Shown here piece after piece: positions 1 to 8,676 of a stretch of DNA of 64,000 nt; the first letter of the stretch is position 1, and every line of letters starts with the position of its first letter. The notes beneath the pieces were generated by a model, which saw only the letters and a list, made by a program, of their open reading frames with translations, was not told where the DNA came from and did not search any database. The DNA comes from Lepagella sp. (GTDB lineage: Bacteria > Bacteroidota > Bacteroidia > Bacteroidales > Muribaculaceae): the NCBI GenBank assembly GCA_051878555.1, contig JBJEKI010000047.1:47203-111202 (forward strand), in the 5' to 3' direction. The position numbers were made by a program, and so were the translations under genes.

Positions 1-361
1 GTGTGGCTGCCCAGTAGGGAAAGTCGTGGCGCTGGCGGATGCGGTCGATACGGTCGGAAAGCCGCTGACGGTCGCGCTGCACGATGCTACGCCTCTCGCG
101 TGCTTCAAGCCAGCTATCGACACTCCCATATCGCAGCAGGGAGGCTATCTCCGGCTCGCTCCGCATCGACTCGGGAAGCCATGCCGTCGGCAGCCCCTCC
201 ACCTCGAAGAGAAAGCGTTCCCCCGTCGAGTTCTCTCCACTCACCGGGTCGAAGGGGGCGCGGATCTCTGTCATGCGTCGCGAATCTTCGGCAAGAAGAC
301 GTTCCACTTCGTCGAGTGTCTCCGGATCGGGTATCTGCTGATTGTCAAATATTGTTGTCAT
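1..361 (-). CDS. Phage-type terminase large subunit-like protein, N-terminal part (runs off the window)
   Basis: Manual translation from ATG 361: MTTIFDNQQIPDPETLDEVERLLAEDSRRMTEIRAPFDPVSGENSTGERF...RIRQRHDFPYWAAT. The APFDPxSGE.S.GER and HDFxxWAA segments match my recollection of the N-terminus of Bacteroidales proteins annotated as terminase. The ATPase motifs lie outside the window. Confidence 0.65.
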   Translation of the reverse strand, partial: MTTIFDNQQIPDPETLDEVERLLAEDSRRMTEIRAPFDPVSGENSTGERFLFEVEGLPTAWLPESMRSEPEIASLLRYGSVDSWLEARERRSIVQRDRQRLSDRIDRIRQRHDFPYWAAT

Positions 362-816
362 ATCGATAATAGTGATGGCTGTTGGTTCGGTAAATGGGAT
401 TGGATGGAAAGGTGCTGATGCCGACTTTTGCGAGTTCGGTAGATGATGCAGCGTGCCGATTCGTCGGTGAGGTAAAATTCAGGCGCCTCTTGATAGATCA
501 CTTCGCTGCACGCCCCGAGGAGCGTCATCTCGGGATGGTATGCCAATATTCTCTTGACTCGGCGTGTTATCTCTTCATACATCTCGCGCCGCTTCTGATT
601 GATCCGTCCCAAGGGGCGCCCTTGTAACATCGCCGAAACGACGATAGCTGCCCGTTGCTCACTCACCCAGAATCGCGAGGAGGGGCGCGAAGCTGCCAAG
701 CCAAACATATCCCGAAGCGCTACTCCTCGCGATGTGCGGAGGATATCCATAAATCGACGATGCAACTCCCGGTTGCGCTCGTCAGTGAAATCTGATGTGC
801 TGCCCTGTTTCTTCAT
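358..816 (-). CDS. Conserved hypothetical protein coupled to the terminase-like gene (possible TerS/DNA-binding protein)
   Basis: 152-aa ORF with RFWVSEQRAAIV and APEFYLT segments. Its stop overlaps the next start (ATGA at 358-361). Confidence 0.6.
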   Translation of the reverse strand: MKKQGSTSDFTDERNRELHRRFMDILRTSRGVALRDMFGLAASRPSSRFWVSEQRAAIVVSAMLQGRPLGRINQKRREMYEEITRRVKRILAYHPEMTLLGACSEVIYQEAPEFYLTDESARCIIYRTRKSRHQHLSIQSHLPNQQPSLLSI

Positions 817-1007
817 AATAGCCTCTTTTTAGTAATGAGGGATCCGACCTCGGCGAAGACCCGACTTCGGATCCCCCTTTAATGATATAAATTGTAAGTG
901 TATTGATGTGTGGAATAAGGTCTTTCAGATCGTTCTTATTCTTTGTCTACCGAGTTATCTTGGCGCCCATAGATGTCTGTGAAGAATGCCTCTTTGATAA
1001 CTCGCTG

Positions 1008-1015
1008 CAAAGTTA
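1008..1015 (-). promoter_or_regulatory. Bacteroidetes sigma-A -7 box TAACTTTG driving the terminase-like operon
   Basis: Matches TAnnTTTG, ~190 nt upstream of ATG 816. Confidence 0.6.
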
Positions 1016-1126
1016 ATAAGTCGGACTGCTACTTCTTGGCAGAGCTAAACTAATAAATGTAAAACGATGTTAACGAATGTAAAATAAAGACCGGACAATA
1101 AATTCTCTACGGAAGTGTATATACGA

Positions 1127-1160
1127 AAAAAAGAGACGCATCACTGTGTCTCTTTTTTTC
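1127..1160. terminator. Bidirectional intrinsic terminator
   Basis: AAAAAAAGAGAC-GCATCACTGT-GTCTCTTTTTTT: hairpin with a T-tract on both strands. Confidence 0.75.
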
Positions 1161-1376
1161 CGATCGACCTCAAAATCCTTCGAAGTGCGACCGTGTGTCC
1201 TAATTCTAATTGATTAAACTATTAATCCATAACTTTACTAATGCAACAATAATTTGTCAATGAAACGATATATACGATATACTTTTTGTCAATGAAACAA
1301 ACACACTACAATTCTCCATCAGGAGTCTTGCTTGCGGATTGGAGTGACGCTGTTTTCTGCTTTCACACCAATCTAC
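1127..1376 (-). ncRNA. Candidate ~245-nt small RNA
   Basis: Full promoter on the minus strand (TTTG 1410-1413, 21-nt spacer, TATATTTG 1381-1388), no ORF over ~20 codons, ends at the 1127-1160 terminator. Confidence 0.45.
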
Positions 1377-1543
1377 GATGCAAATATACACATTATATTC
1401 TAATTTTTCCAAATATTTATCTTATTTTTAACATTTCTTTTTTTAACCAATGTTAAAAATAAATTTTTTTGGCCTGTTTGGCTCCTGTTTTGGGCGATAA
1501 TGCCCTTTTCGGGTTCTTTTATTGGCCTTTTTAGGTGATACCG

Positions 1544-2332
1544 CTATCTCTCCCGATAGCGGCGGATCACTTCGTCGAGCCAGTCGATATGAGTGTCGAC
1601 ATGCTTGGTGCGCTCGATTGCCACCGGCACTACGGAGATGATGCCATGTGCCAACGCCCATTCGTCGGTCTCGGTGTTCTCAGGCTCCATGTTCTCATAT
1701 TTGCCGGTAATCCAGTAGAATTTGCGCCCGAACGGGTCGGTGTATTCTTTGTATTCGTCGTTCCATCGCCCGTTGCAGGGATCACACAGTTTCATCTCTG
1801 CCGGCACTCCCTCGATATTTGGAACGTTGACATTCAGACATACTCCCGAGGGCAATCCATTTTCCAACACGGCGCGAGTCAGCAGGTCGACAGCTCTCAA
1901 GCAGGGGGTGAAGTCGGCGCTCGGCGAGTGGTCGGTGAGCGAAAAACCAATCGAGGGGATTCCGAAGGCTGTTCCCTCCATCGTCGCCCCCATTGTGCCG
2001 CTGTAGAGAACGTTGATCGCTGAGTTCGATCCGTGGTTGATCCCTGCCACGATCAGGTCGGGACGACGATCCAATACATGATACATCGCTAATTTGATGC
2101 AGTCCACCGGTGTGCCCGTCGCACTATACATCTTCGCTCCCTTGTAGTCGGGTAGCGCATTGATGTGAAGGGGCTGGTTCACCGTAATCGCCATCGATTG
2201 CCCCGATTGTGGATATTGGGGGCACACCGCCACCACATCCCCGATCTCGACAAGTCGCTCGATCAGAACATGTACGCCAAGTGCCTGGTATGAATCGTCG
2301 TTACTTACAAGTATTAAAGGTCGTTTTCCCAT
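1544..2332 (-). CDS. surE: 5'/3'-nucleotidase SurE
   Basis: ILVSNDD, GTPVDC, GINHGSN and YSGTMGA motifs. Confidence 0.95.
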   Translation of the reverse strand: MGKRPLILVSNDDSYQALGVHVLIERLVEIGDVVAVCPQYPQSGQSMAITVNQPLHINALPDYKGAKMYSATGTPVDCIKLAMYHVLDRRPDLIVAGINHGSNSAINVLYSGTMGATMEGTAFGIPSIGFSLTDHSPSADFTPCLRAVDLLTRAVLENGLPSGVCLNVNVPNIEGVPAEMKLCDPCNGRWNDEYKEYTDPFGRKFYWITGKYENMEPENTETDEWALAHGIISVVPVAIERTKHVDTHIDWLDEVIRRYRER

Positions 2333-2385
2333 ATTTTCTCTATTTAATGTATTGATTGCACCCCATTCTTATCTCCTATCTCTAT

Positions 2386-2413
2386 TTCCTAATTCCTAAT
2401 TCCTAATTCCTAA
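2386..2413. repeat. Heptamer tandem repeat (TTCCTAA)x4
   Basis: Directly visible; overlaps the GT2 stop codon. Confidence 0.8.
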
Positions 2414-3420
2414 CTGCCAATTCCCTCAATTTTCTCTTTCCGCATTATATATCTTGCCCAAATGGCGCTCCGGTCGGCTCCCGGAAGGGTGAGCAGCACA
2501 TCTTTGTCGGCTGTCTCACCATATTCCCGACGCATCCGCCGGAAGTCGCGGTGGGCGCGGATGATGGCTCGCATATTGGAGATGTCTCCTTTGAGCAGAT
2601 ACATCACTATGGCGAGCGTGTCGGCAAGTCGTCGATAGATCAGCAACTTCCTCCCTGTCTTGCGGGTCAAGTTCTTATGCAGCAGCAGGAGGTTGTTGCG
2701 GAAGTTCAAGTAGGTCTTGCGTGGATCCCCCTGTTGCAAGGATGCCCCGCCGACATGATATACCGCCGAGTCGGTCAGAGCACACACCCTATATCCGGCG
2801 TTGTGAACTCGGCAACAGAGGTCGATCTCTTCCATGTGAGCGAAAAATTTCGGATCGAGTCCCCCGAGGCGGTTATAGAGCTCGGTAGGCATAGTCAAAC
2901 ATGCCCCCGACGCCCATGCCACTTCCGTCGGAGCTCCATCATATTGCCCTTCATCTTTCTCCACCACGTCGAAGAGCCTCCCTCGACAGTAGGGATAGCC
3001 TAAGCAATCCAGATATCCCCCTGCCGCTCCGGCATATTCGAAGCGACTCTTATCCCTGTAACTCAATATCTTGGGCTGCACTGCCCCAACTTCGGGATGA
3101 CTCTCCATGTATTCCAAGAGGGGCTCCCACCAGCCGGGGGTCACTTCGACATCGGAGTTCAGGAGGGTGACGTAGCGATATTTCACCTGTGAGATAACGC
3201 GGTTGTAACCCTCCGCAAAACCGTAGTTCTCTCCCAGCTCGATGACTTTCACTTCGGGGTGATGCTCCCGAAGCCATGCCACTGATGCGTCGTCCGATCC
3301 ATTGTCGGCTACAATCAAGTCGACTCGGTCGCTGATGGTATGGCGCGAGGCTGTCGGGATAAAGCGCTTGAGCAACGCTATCCCGTTCCAATTCAATATT
3401 ATTACTCCTAATTCTTTCAT
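2410..3420 (-). CDS. Glycosyltransferase family 2
   Basis: IILNWNG, ADNGSDD, LLNSDV, WASGAC and MEEIDLC motifs. Confidence 0.9.
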   Translation of the reverse strand: MKELGVIILNWNGIALLKRFIPTASRHTISDRVDLIVADNGSDDASVAWLREHHPEVKVIELGENYGFAEGYNRVISQVKYRYVTLLNSDVEVTPGWWEPLLEYMESHPEVGAVQPKILSYRDKSRFEYAGAAGGYLDCLGYPYCRGRLFDVVEKDEGQYDGAPTEVAWASGACLTMPTELYNRLGGLDPKFFAHMEEIDLCCRVHNAGYRVCALTDSAVYHVGGASLQQGDPRKTYLNFRNNLLLLHKNLTRKTGRKLLIYRRLADTLAIVMYLLKGDISNMRAIIRAHRDFRRMRREYGETADKDVLLTLPGADRSAIWARYIMRKEKIEGIGS

Positions 3421-3462
3421 GCGGTTGCCTCTTTTTTTCTCTTTTGTCGTTCGGCTGTCGAT

Positions 3463-4740
3463 TTATTGTTCGGCTGAGATGTTGTCGTCGCTCAGCACTA
3501 CTTCGGTGACTTTGTTCACCAACGCCGGGTCATAGTCTGCTTCGACTCGGATATAGTTTTCGGTAAAGCCATGCATCTTGCCGGCTCCGTGGGTGGGTTG
3601 CTCCCAGAGCACACGTCCCTTCGTGCCGATATGTCGGCGGAGGAATTGGGCATGTTTCTCCTTGGAGATCTCTATCAGTTCGCCGGCGCGGCGATGTTTC
3701 TCTTCTTGGCTCACTTTGTCGCCAAGGAGGAGTGCCTTGGTGCCGGGGCGCTCGGAGTAGGGGAAGACATGGAGCTGGTTGACTTCGAGGCTGCTGGCAT
3801 ATTCGAGGCTCTTCTTCCACTCTTCGGGAGTCTCACCGCGGGCTCCCGCTATGATGTCGACACCTATGAAGGCATCGGGGATAACCTGGCGTATCCGGGT
3901 GATGCGGTCGCTGAAGAGTGTGGTGTCATATCGCCGATTCATCAATTTAAGCACACGGTCGGATCCTGATTGCAAGGGTATATGGAAGTGGGGCATGAAG
4001 CGCTTCGATTCGCCGGCAATCCATTCGATGATCTCGGGGGTGATGAGGTTGGGCTCGATTGAGGAGATGCGGTAGCGTTCGATACCCTCTACTCGATCCA
4101 AGGCCCTGAGGAGGTCGAAAAACTTCTCGCCGGTGTCGCGGCCGAAGTCGCCGATGTTCACGCCGGTGATCACTATCTCTTTGCCACCCTCGGCGGCTAC
4201 ATCTTCCGCCAATTGGACGATCTCGCTGATCTTGCCGCTGCGCGAGCGCCCTCGCGCGTAGGGTATCGTGCAGTAGGTGCAGTAGTAGTCGCATCCATCT
4301 TGCACTTTCAGAAAGTAGCGTGTGCGGTCGCCTCGCTCGCAGGAGGGCATAAATTCCCGAATCTCCAATGAGGGGGTTACCTCAACTTGGCTGCAACGGG
4401 TCTTCATCCATCTATCCAAGTATTGGACTATGCGCAATTTCTCGTTCGACCCCAACACGATGTCGACACCCGGCAAACTTGCCACTTCGTCAGGCTTAAG
4501 CTGGGCATAGCATCCGGTTACGACTATCGTTGCCTCGGGCGATTGCCGCGAGAGCTTCCGCACAAGCTGACGACCCTTCTTGTCGGCCATCTCCGTTACC
4601 GAACATGTGTTGATCACGATGATATCGGGCTCTTCACCCTCATCGGCGCGGGTGATGCCCCTTGAGGCTAACATCTTGCCGATGGTCGAAGTCTCCGAAA
4701 AATTGAGCTTACACCCCAATGTATAATACGCTGCTTTCAA
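3463..4740 (-). CDS. mtaB: tRNA t6A37 methylthiotransferase MtaB
   Basis: TLGCKLNFSE, NTCSVT and radical-SAM QDGCDYYCTYC motifs plus a TRAM-like end; TTG start. Confidence 0.92.
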   Translation of the reverse strand: MKAAYYTLGCKLNFSETSTIGKMLASRGITRADEGEEPDIIVINTCSVTEMADKKGRQLVRKLSRQSPEATIVVTGCYAQLKPDEVASLPGVDIVLGSNEKLRIVQYLDRWMKTRCSQVEVTPSLEIREFMPSCERGDRTRYFLKVQDGCDYYCTYCTIPYARGRSRSGKISEIVQLAEDVAAEGGKEIVITGVNIGDFGRDTGEKFFDLLRALDRVEGIERYRISSIEPNLITPEIIEWIAGESKRFMPHFHIPLQSGSDRVLKLMNRRYDTTLFSDRITRIRQVIPDAFIGVDIIAGARGETPEEWKKSLEYASSLEVNQLHVFPYSERPGTKALLLGDKVSQEEKHRRAGELIEISKEKHAQFLRRHIGTKGRVLWEQPTHGAGKMHGFTENYIRVEADYDPALVNKVTEVVLSDDNISAEQ

Positions 4741-4805
4741 TTCCGCTTATTTTATTTTTGTCATTCACCAAATGAACACACTCATATATAATGAGAGTAT
4801 ATATC

Positions 4806-4846
4806 TTTAAGAGAACGCGAACCTTTTTTAAGAGAACGCGAACCTT
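4806..4846. repeat. 20-bp direct repeat x2 (TTTAAGAGAACGCGAACCTT) in the mtaB leader
   Basis: Copies at 4806-4825 and 4827-4846, plus a degenerate third copy at ~4854-4870. Confidence 0.85.
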
Positions 4847-4992
4847 CTAATACAAAAGACGCGACCTAAACCAAAAGATCACTTCCAAACTGCAAAGATA
4901 ATGCAAATTCCCGAATTGCCGAAAACCCACCCGCCAATTTCTCAAAAATTGCCCCGCACAGATACTGTTTCTTTGAGTGTGTCTGAGCGAAG

Positions 4993-5026
4993 GCACAAAA
5001 AGGGACTTGTAGATAGTACAAGTCCC
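4993..5026 (-). terminator. Intrinsic terminator of the R-M operon
   Basis: Stem GGGACTTGTA/TACAAGTCCC with a 5-nt loop, followed by TTTTT on the minus strand. Confidence 0.8.
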
Positions 5027-5087
5027 GGGAAGTTTGTAGTTTTAGGTGACCAAACTTAAAACCTACAAGGTGTACTTCAACTAATGT

Positions 5088-6866
5088 TTATGAAGCATCG
5101 TCAACTCGCTCTTCTCTTTTAGATGAATCACTCATAATACTGCCTAACAATGTATCTCGATAGGTATTGAAAATGTTCAATTTGACAGGCAAGTATTTGG
5201 GAAGGCTTTGAAGGTACTCCAAGTCAAATACTAAACGAGGTTCTTTATCCTCACTTTCAGGATAAATCTCAGCCTTATTGCCAATACGTACTATACGAAT
5301 ATAGTAGAGGTCTTTAACACCTTTCCCTTTTATATAAGGCATAAAGTAATAAAGCTTGTTAAGTGCAACAGTTGAAGGGAACGATTTAGTCTTTCCTGTA
5401 TAATAAATCTTCGATTGACTACCATCAAGAAAATAATCGGTATTATCGGATTTAACAAAACCGATTAATACATTTTTAGTCAATTCCAACTTGTATTTTT
5501 TCTTAACGGGATTGAACTTTAATTGACTATCCAATTCCGCAAATAAGTCATAGCTAAGAGTAGGCTGAGCATCACGCTTTGTGTCGATAGGATGAGTCGA
5601 AATCGGCTCCTTGTCGTATATGAAACGATAAAGGCTCTTACCTACCTGCTGAATAATGCCGCACACCAAAGCATTGCCCATAAGAAATGCTCTGCGCCCA
5701 TCAGTTACATCAGGATGATAAGTGTGATTGTCTGGGAACATATTAAGTCGTTCCAACTCCAAAGGAATAAGGCGACGATAACGCCCGGATGGCGTAAGAA
5801 TGACGTGCTTGAATCTAGATGCAGATGCACCGCCTTCTCCCGTAATTATTGTTCGTGAAGGTTTGTCAAGCGAATCAGGAAAGGCCATTGCTCCTTCAGA
5901 GAAAGTATAGGTGAAACCTTCAGCAGATGTCCGTTCTATTTTCTTTGCCCCTTTCTCATATTCCCACTTCCCTACTTCTTCTTCGGGAATGAAAAATTCC
6001 TCAGGCACTAACGATTCATCAACTACACTGCCTCCAAGAGTCATATATGTGCCATCATAAACAGGATTCGCGTCAACAGAGTATACATGACGGCTACGCA
6101 TGATTCCTGCATTTCCAAAAGGACTTGCGGCATTTCCTTTGTTACTTTTGTTAAAGTTGTCTGAGACCTCTTGGATTGTTCCTTCTATGTCAAATTCAGA
6201 TACACTCTTCTCGATTTTTTCAAATGGAAATGCTTTTGCCATTACGCCATCAAAGAGGACCCAATTGTTGAGTGACTCAATTTTATTAGATACATGAGAC
6301 CCCTTACGATAACCAACGATATAGGTGCGACGACGGCGCTGTGGCATACCATATTCAGCAGCATTGATAATGCGCCACTCTACGGTATAACCGAGATCAG
6401 CAAGTGAAGCCAAAATGATGGCAAAATCGCGACCTCTTTGCTTGGCAGGTGACCCAAGCAAACGATCTACGTTCTCAAAGAAAATGTAGTTAGGCCGATT
6501 ATCTCCTTTCTCGTTTAGAATGCGATAAATCTGCCACCAAAGCACACCTTTTTTCCCCTCGATACCACCGGAACGACTAAGAGATGCAGCTACTGAATAA
6601 TCTTGGCAAGGAAATCCTCCAACTAGAAGGTCGTGGTTAGGTATATCTTCAGTTTTGACAGTGTTTATATCTTTATTACAATGACCTTTTGAACCAAATC
6701 GAGCGCGATAGACTAAGGAAGCATCTTGATGTACAGTCGATGGCTCCCACTGATTATTCCAAATTGTTTCGTATGCATTGGATGCACCTTCTAAACCAAT
6801 GCGGAATCCGCCCACACCGGCAAAAAGTTCAACAACTCTTATCTTGTTATCGTTTCTTTTAGGCAT
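5088..6866 (-). CDS. DNA (cytosine-5)-methyltransferase, M.Sau3AI-like, with an extra ~175-aa C-terminal region
   Basis: ELFAGVGG, GGFPCQDYSVA, ENVDRLL, QRGRDF, PQRRRR, ERLNMFPD and GNAL motifs; the NQWEPS and GIEGKKGVLWWQI segments are characteristic of the Sau3AI subfamily. Confidence 0.92.
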   Translation of the reverse strand: MPKRNDNKIRVVELFAGVGGFRIGLEGASNAYETIWNNQWEPSTVHQDASLVYRARFGSKGHCNKDINTVKTEDIPNHDLLVGGFPCQDYSVAASLSRSGGIEGKKGVLWWQIYRILNEKGDNRPNYIFFENVDRLLGSPAKQRGRDFAIILASLADLGYTVEWRIINAAEYGMPQRRRRTYIVGYRKGSHVSNKIESLNNWVLFDGVMAKAFPFEKIEKSVSEFDIEGTIQEVSDNFNKSNKGNAASPFGNAGIMRSRHVYSVDANPVYDGTYMTLGGSVVDESLVPEEFFIPEEEVGKWEYEKGAKKIERTSAEGFTYTFSEGAMAFPDSLDKPSRTIITGEGGASASRFKHVILTPSGRYRRLIPLELERLNMFPDNHTYHPDVTDGRRAFLMGNALVCGIIQQVGKSLYRFIYDKEPISTHPIDTKRDAQPTLSYDLFAELDSQLKFNPVKKKYKLELTKNVLIGFVKSDNTDYFLDGSQSKIYYTGKTKSFPSTVALNKLYYFMPYIKGKGVKDLYYIRIVRIGNKAEIYPESEDKEPRLVFDLEYLQSLPKYLPVKLNIFNTYRDTLLGSIMSDSSKREERVDDAS

Positions 6867-6870
6867 ATAT

Positions 6871-8466
6871 TTAGATGTATTGAATTTCTTTTAATTTATC
6901 AGCAATGTATGAACCTTTCAGCCAAAAAAACTGCGGTAGCATACGAATGCCATTAACACACTCTGACCTTGATTTTTCGGTTGAGTCATTGGCTCCACCC
7001 CTGAAGAAAACCATATATTCTGAACTTTTGGGGAAATTCGGGGCTCCCATGTAAGCGCCATTCCGATTCATGCGTTTGTTGCCATCTTTGTCATAAATAT
7101 ATTCCCATTCAAGTTCATTCCTGTGGATAAGATTGCGTGAATCATTCCACATGCGATATACTTCTTCTTGGATAAACCGTTCATCAAAAGAAAAACGTTT
7201 AAACCCTTCAAATGTTGTCTTTTTTATCTCATTTCGTAACCTGCTTTCATAATCTTCCTTTGTTTCGAAAGCCTTTTGCACACTCATATCCCCTTTCTCA
7301 CAAAAGATTGGACAAAGGAAACTATGCTCACAAAAATAGTGGTAAATTTCTGATTCCTCAAAGTCTAAATCTCGATCTGACCACTCTTCAAAATCAATAT
7401 GTTTAAGCTTCATATCCTCAGTACGACCACCTGATTTTGTAACTGTAATTGTCTTGGCTATAATGCCAACTTTGGTGAAGTCGGAAATCTGATTAAGACG
7501 CGAGCAATTAGCGTCGAACATTTTCAAGACACATTTTGCACCAAAATCTTTAGTGGAGATGTCTGTGTCTATTTTAAGCATTTTTTGAAGTTGTAAGAAT
7601 GTTTTTCCTTTGAATTTTTCAGTAAGGATGTGACAACGCTCATCAAGTTGGGTGAAACTGGAAAATGGCTCTTTGAGTTTAATTTCTGTTTGAGATCTAC
7701 TTTTGTCAAAGTGCCCCCTTACTATGTAGTCAACAAATGTTTGTTTGAGTCGGTAACGAGGTCTCTGGTAAGAGCCTGTAGACTTACGCTTGAAACCCGG
7801 CACCAATTCGATAAGCATAAGATTCGGTCGAAGCACATGAGTGAAACCAATCAAATTCTCGTTCCGTTCATTTTGACTTGGGTACTGCTCGTATATTTTT
7901 TGCAGATAATTTCTTACTATTTCCCAGTCATTACGTAATTGGTCACGTTCAGAGTCTGAGAAAGTATTGTAGCAATAATCAACTATAGGAAAATTCGCAT
8001 AAGCAGAAGCTGGTACGACATCGTATGATTTGTATTCATAAAATACAATAAGCAATCGCTCTGTCTTCTCCCAAAAATGAGAAGTCAGAAAATCAGTTTG
8101 GATGGTTGGTTCAAAAGTCACGCCGGTAATGCTGATGCCCTCTTTTGCTCTGAGGTAGACATTGTACGCCTCACCAACTTTGCCCTTCACTTTGGCAAGA
8201 TCTGATTTAGGCACGCGAACACCAGTCGTCTTAAGTTCTGTCAGTTTACCATCAATTTCAATATCGCATTCTTGATTACTGTCACGTGCGTAGCCGAAAA
8301 CAGATTGCTCTATCACATCACCGGCAATGCCGGTAATCTTCTCGCTCCTTTCGGTTCGATTAAACTGCTTGGACGAATCTACTTCGCCCAAAGTCTTGCC
8401 TTTTACACCTTCGAGGAGATTATAAACAAACTCACTTGTGTATTTCCTATCATTTGATACTGCCAT
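6871..8466 (-). CDS. Type II restriction endonuclease, MutH/Sau3AI family
   Basis: G..E...FG...D...CD....ELKTT PD-(D/E)xK core, two MutH-like halves, 531 aa, directly upstream of the methylase (R then M order). Confidence 0.85.
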   Translation of the reverse strand: MAVSNDRKYTSEFVYNLLEGVKGKTLGEVDSSKQFNRTERSEKITGIAGDVIEQSVFGYARDSNQECDIEIDGKLTELKTTGVRVPKSDLAKVKGKVGEAYNVYLRAKEGISITGVTFEPTIQTDFLTSHFWEKTERLLIVFYEYKSYDVVPASAYANFPIVDYCYNTFSDSERDQLRNDWEIVRNYLQKIYEQYPSQNERNENLIGFTHVLRPNLMLIELVPGFKRKSTGSYQRPRYRLKQTFVDYIVRGHFDKSRSQTEIKLKEPFSSFTQLDERCHILTEKFKGKTFLQLQKMLKIDTDISTKDFGAKCVLKMFDANCSRLNQISDFTKVGIIAKTITVTKSGGRTEDMKLKHIDFEEWSDRDLDFEESEIYHYFCEHSFLCPIFCEKGDMSVQKAFETKEDYESRLRNEIKKTTFEGFKRFSFDERFIQEEVYRMWNDSRNLIHRNELEWEYIYDKDGNKRMNRNGAYMGAPNFPKSSEYMVFFRGGANDSTEKSRSECVNGIRMLPQFFWLKGSYIADKLKEIQYI

Positions 8467-8641
8467 TTGATTGCTTCACGATATTTTCTTTTACGATATT
8501 TTAGATGTGATAATTGTTTAGCAAGAATATCTCACCTAAGTATTTAATTATCACAAAAAAGAACGCCACTCATGCATATTTTTAACAAAAGCATTGATTT
8601 TAAGTTGCTGAAAATTAACTTAATACCAGCGTTCTTATCTG

Positions 8642-8649
8642 CAAAGGTA
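8642..8649 (-). promoter_or_regulatory. -7 box TACCTTTG for the R-M operon
   Basis: TAnnTTTG match upstream of the REase gene. Confidence 0.5.
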
Positions 8650-8676
8650 CAAAAAAATCTTAGACTAATCAAGTAA

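Noticed and set aside
1-418. Plus-strand ORFs 1-369, 26-418 and 84-341
   Set aside because: These are shadows of the minus-strand terminase-like gene.
1253-1298. Mini-CRISPR interpretation of the 14-nt direct repeats
   Set aside because: There are only two copies, the repeat and the 18-nt spacer are too short, and there are no cas genes.
2386-2413. (TTCCTAA)4 and the C9 tract at 9247-9255 as phase-variation switches
   Set aside because: Both are intergenic or downstream of a stop and not between promoter boxes; such short repeats are common in Bacteroidales.
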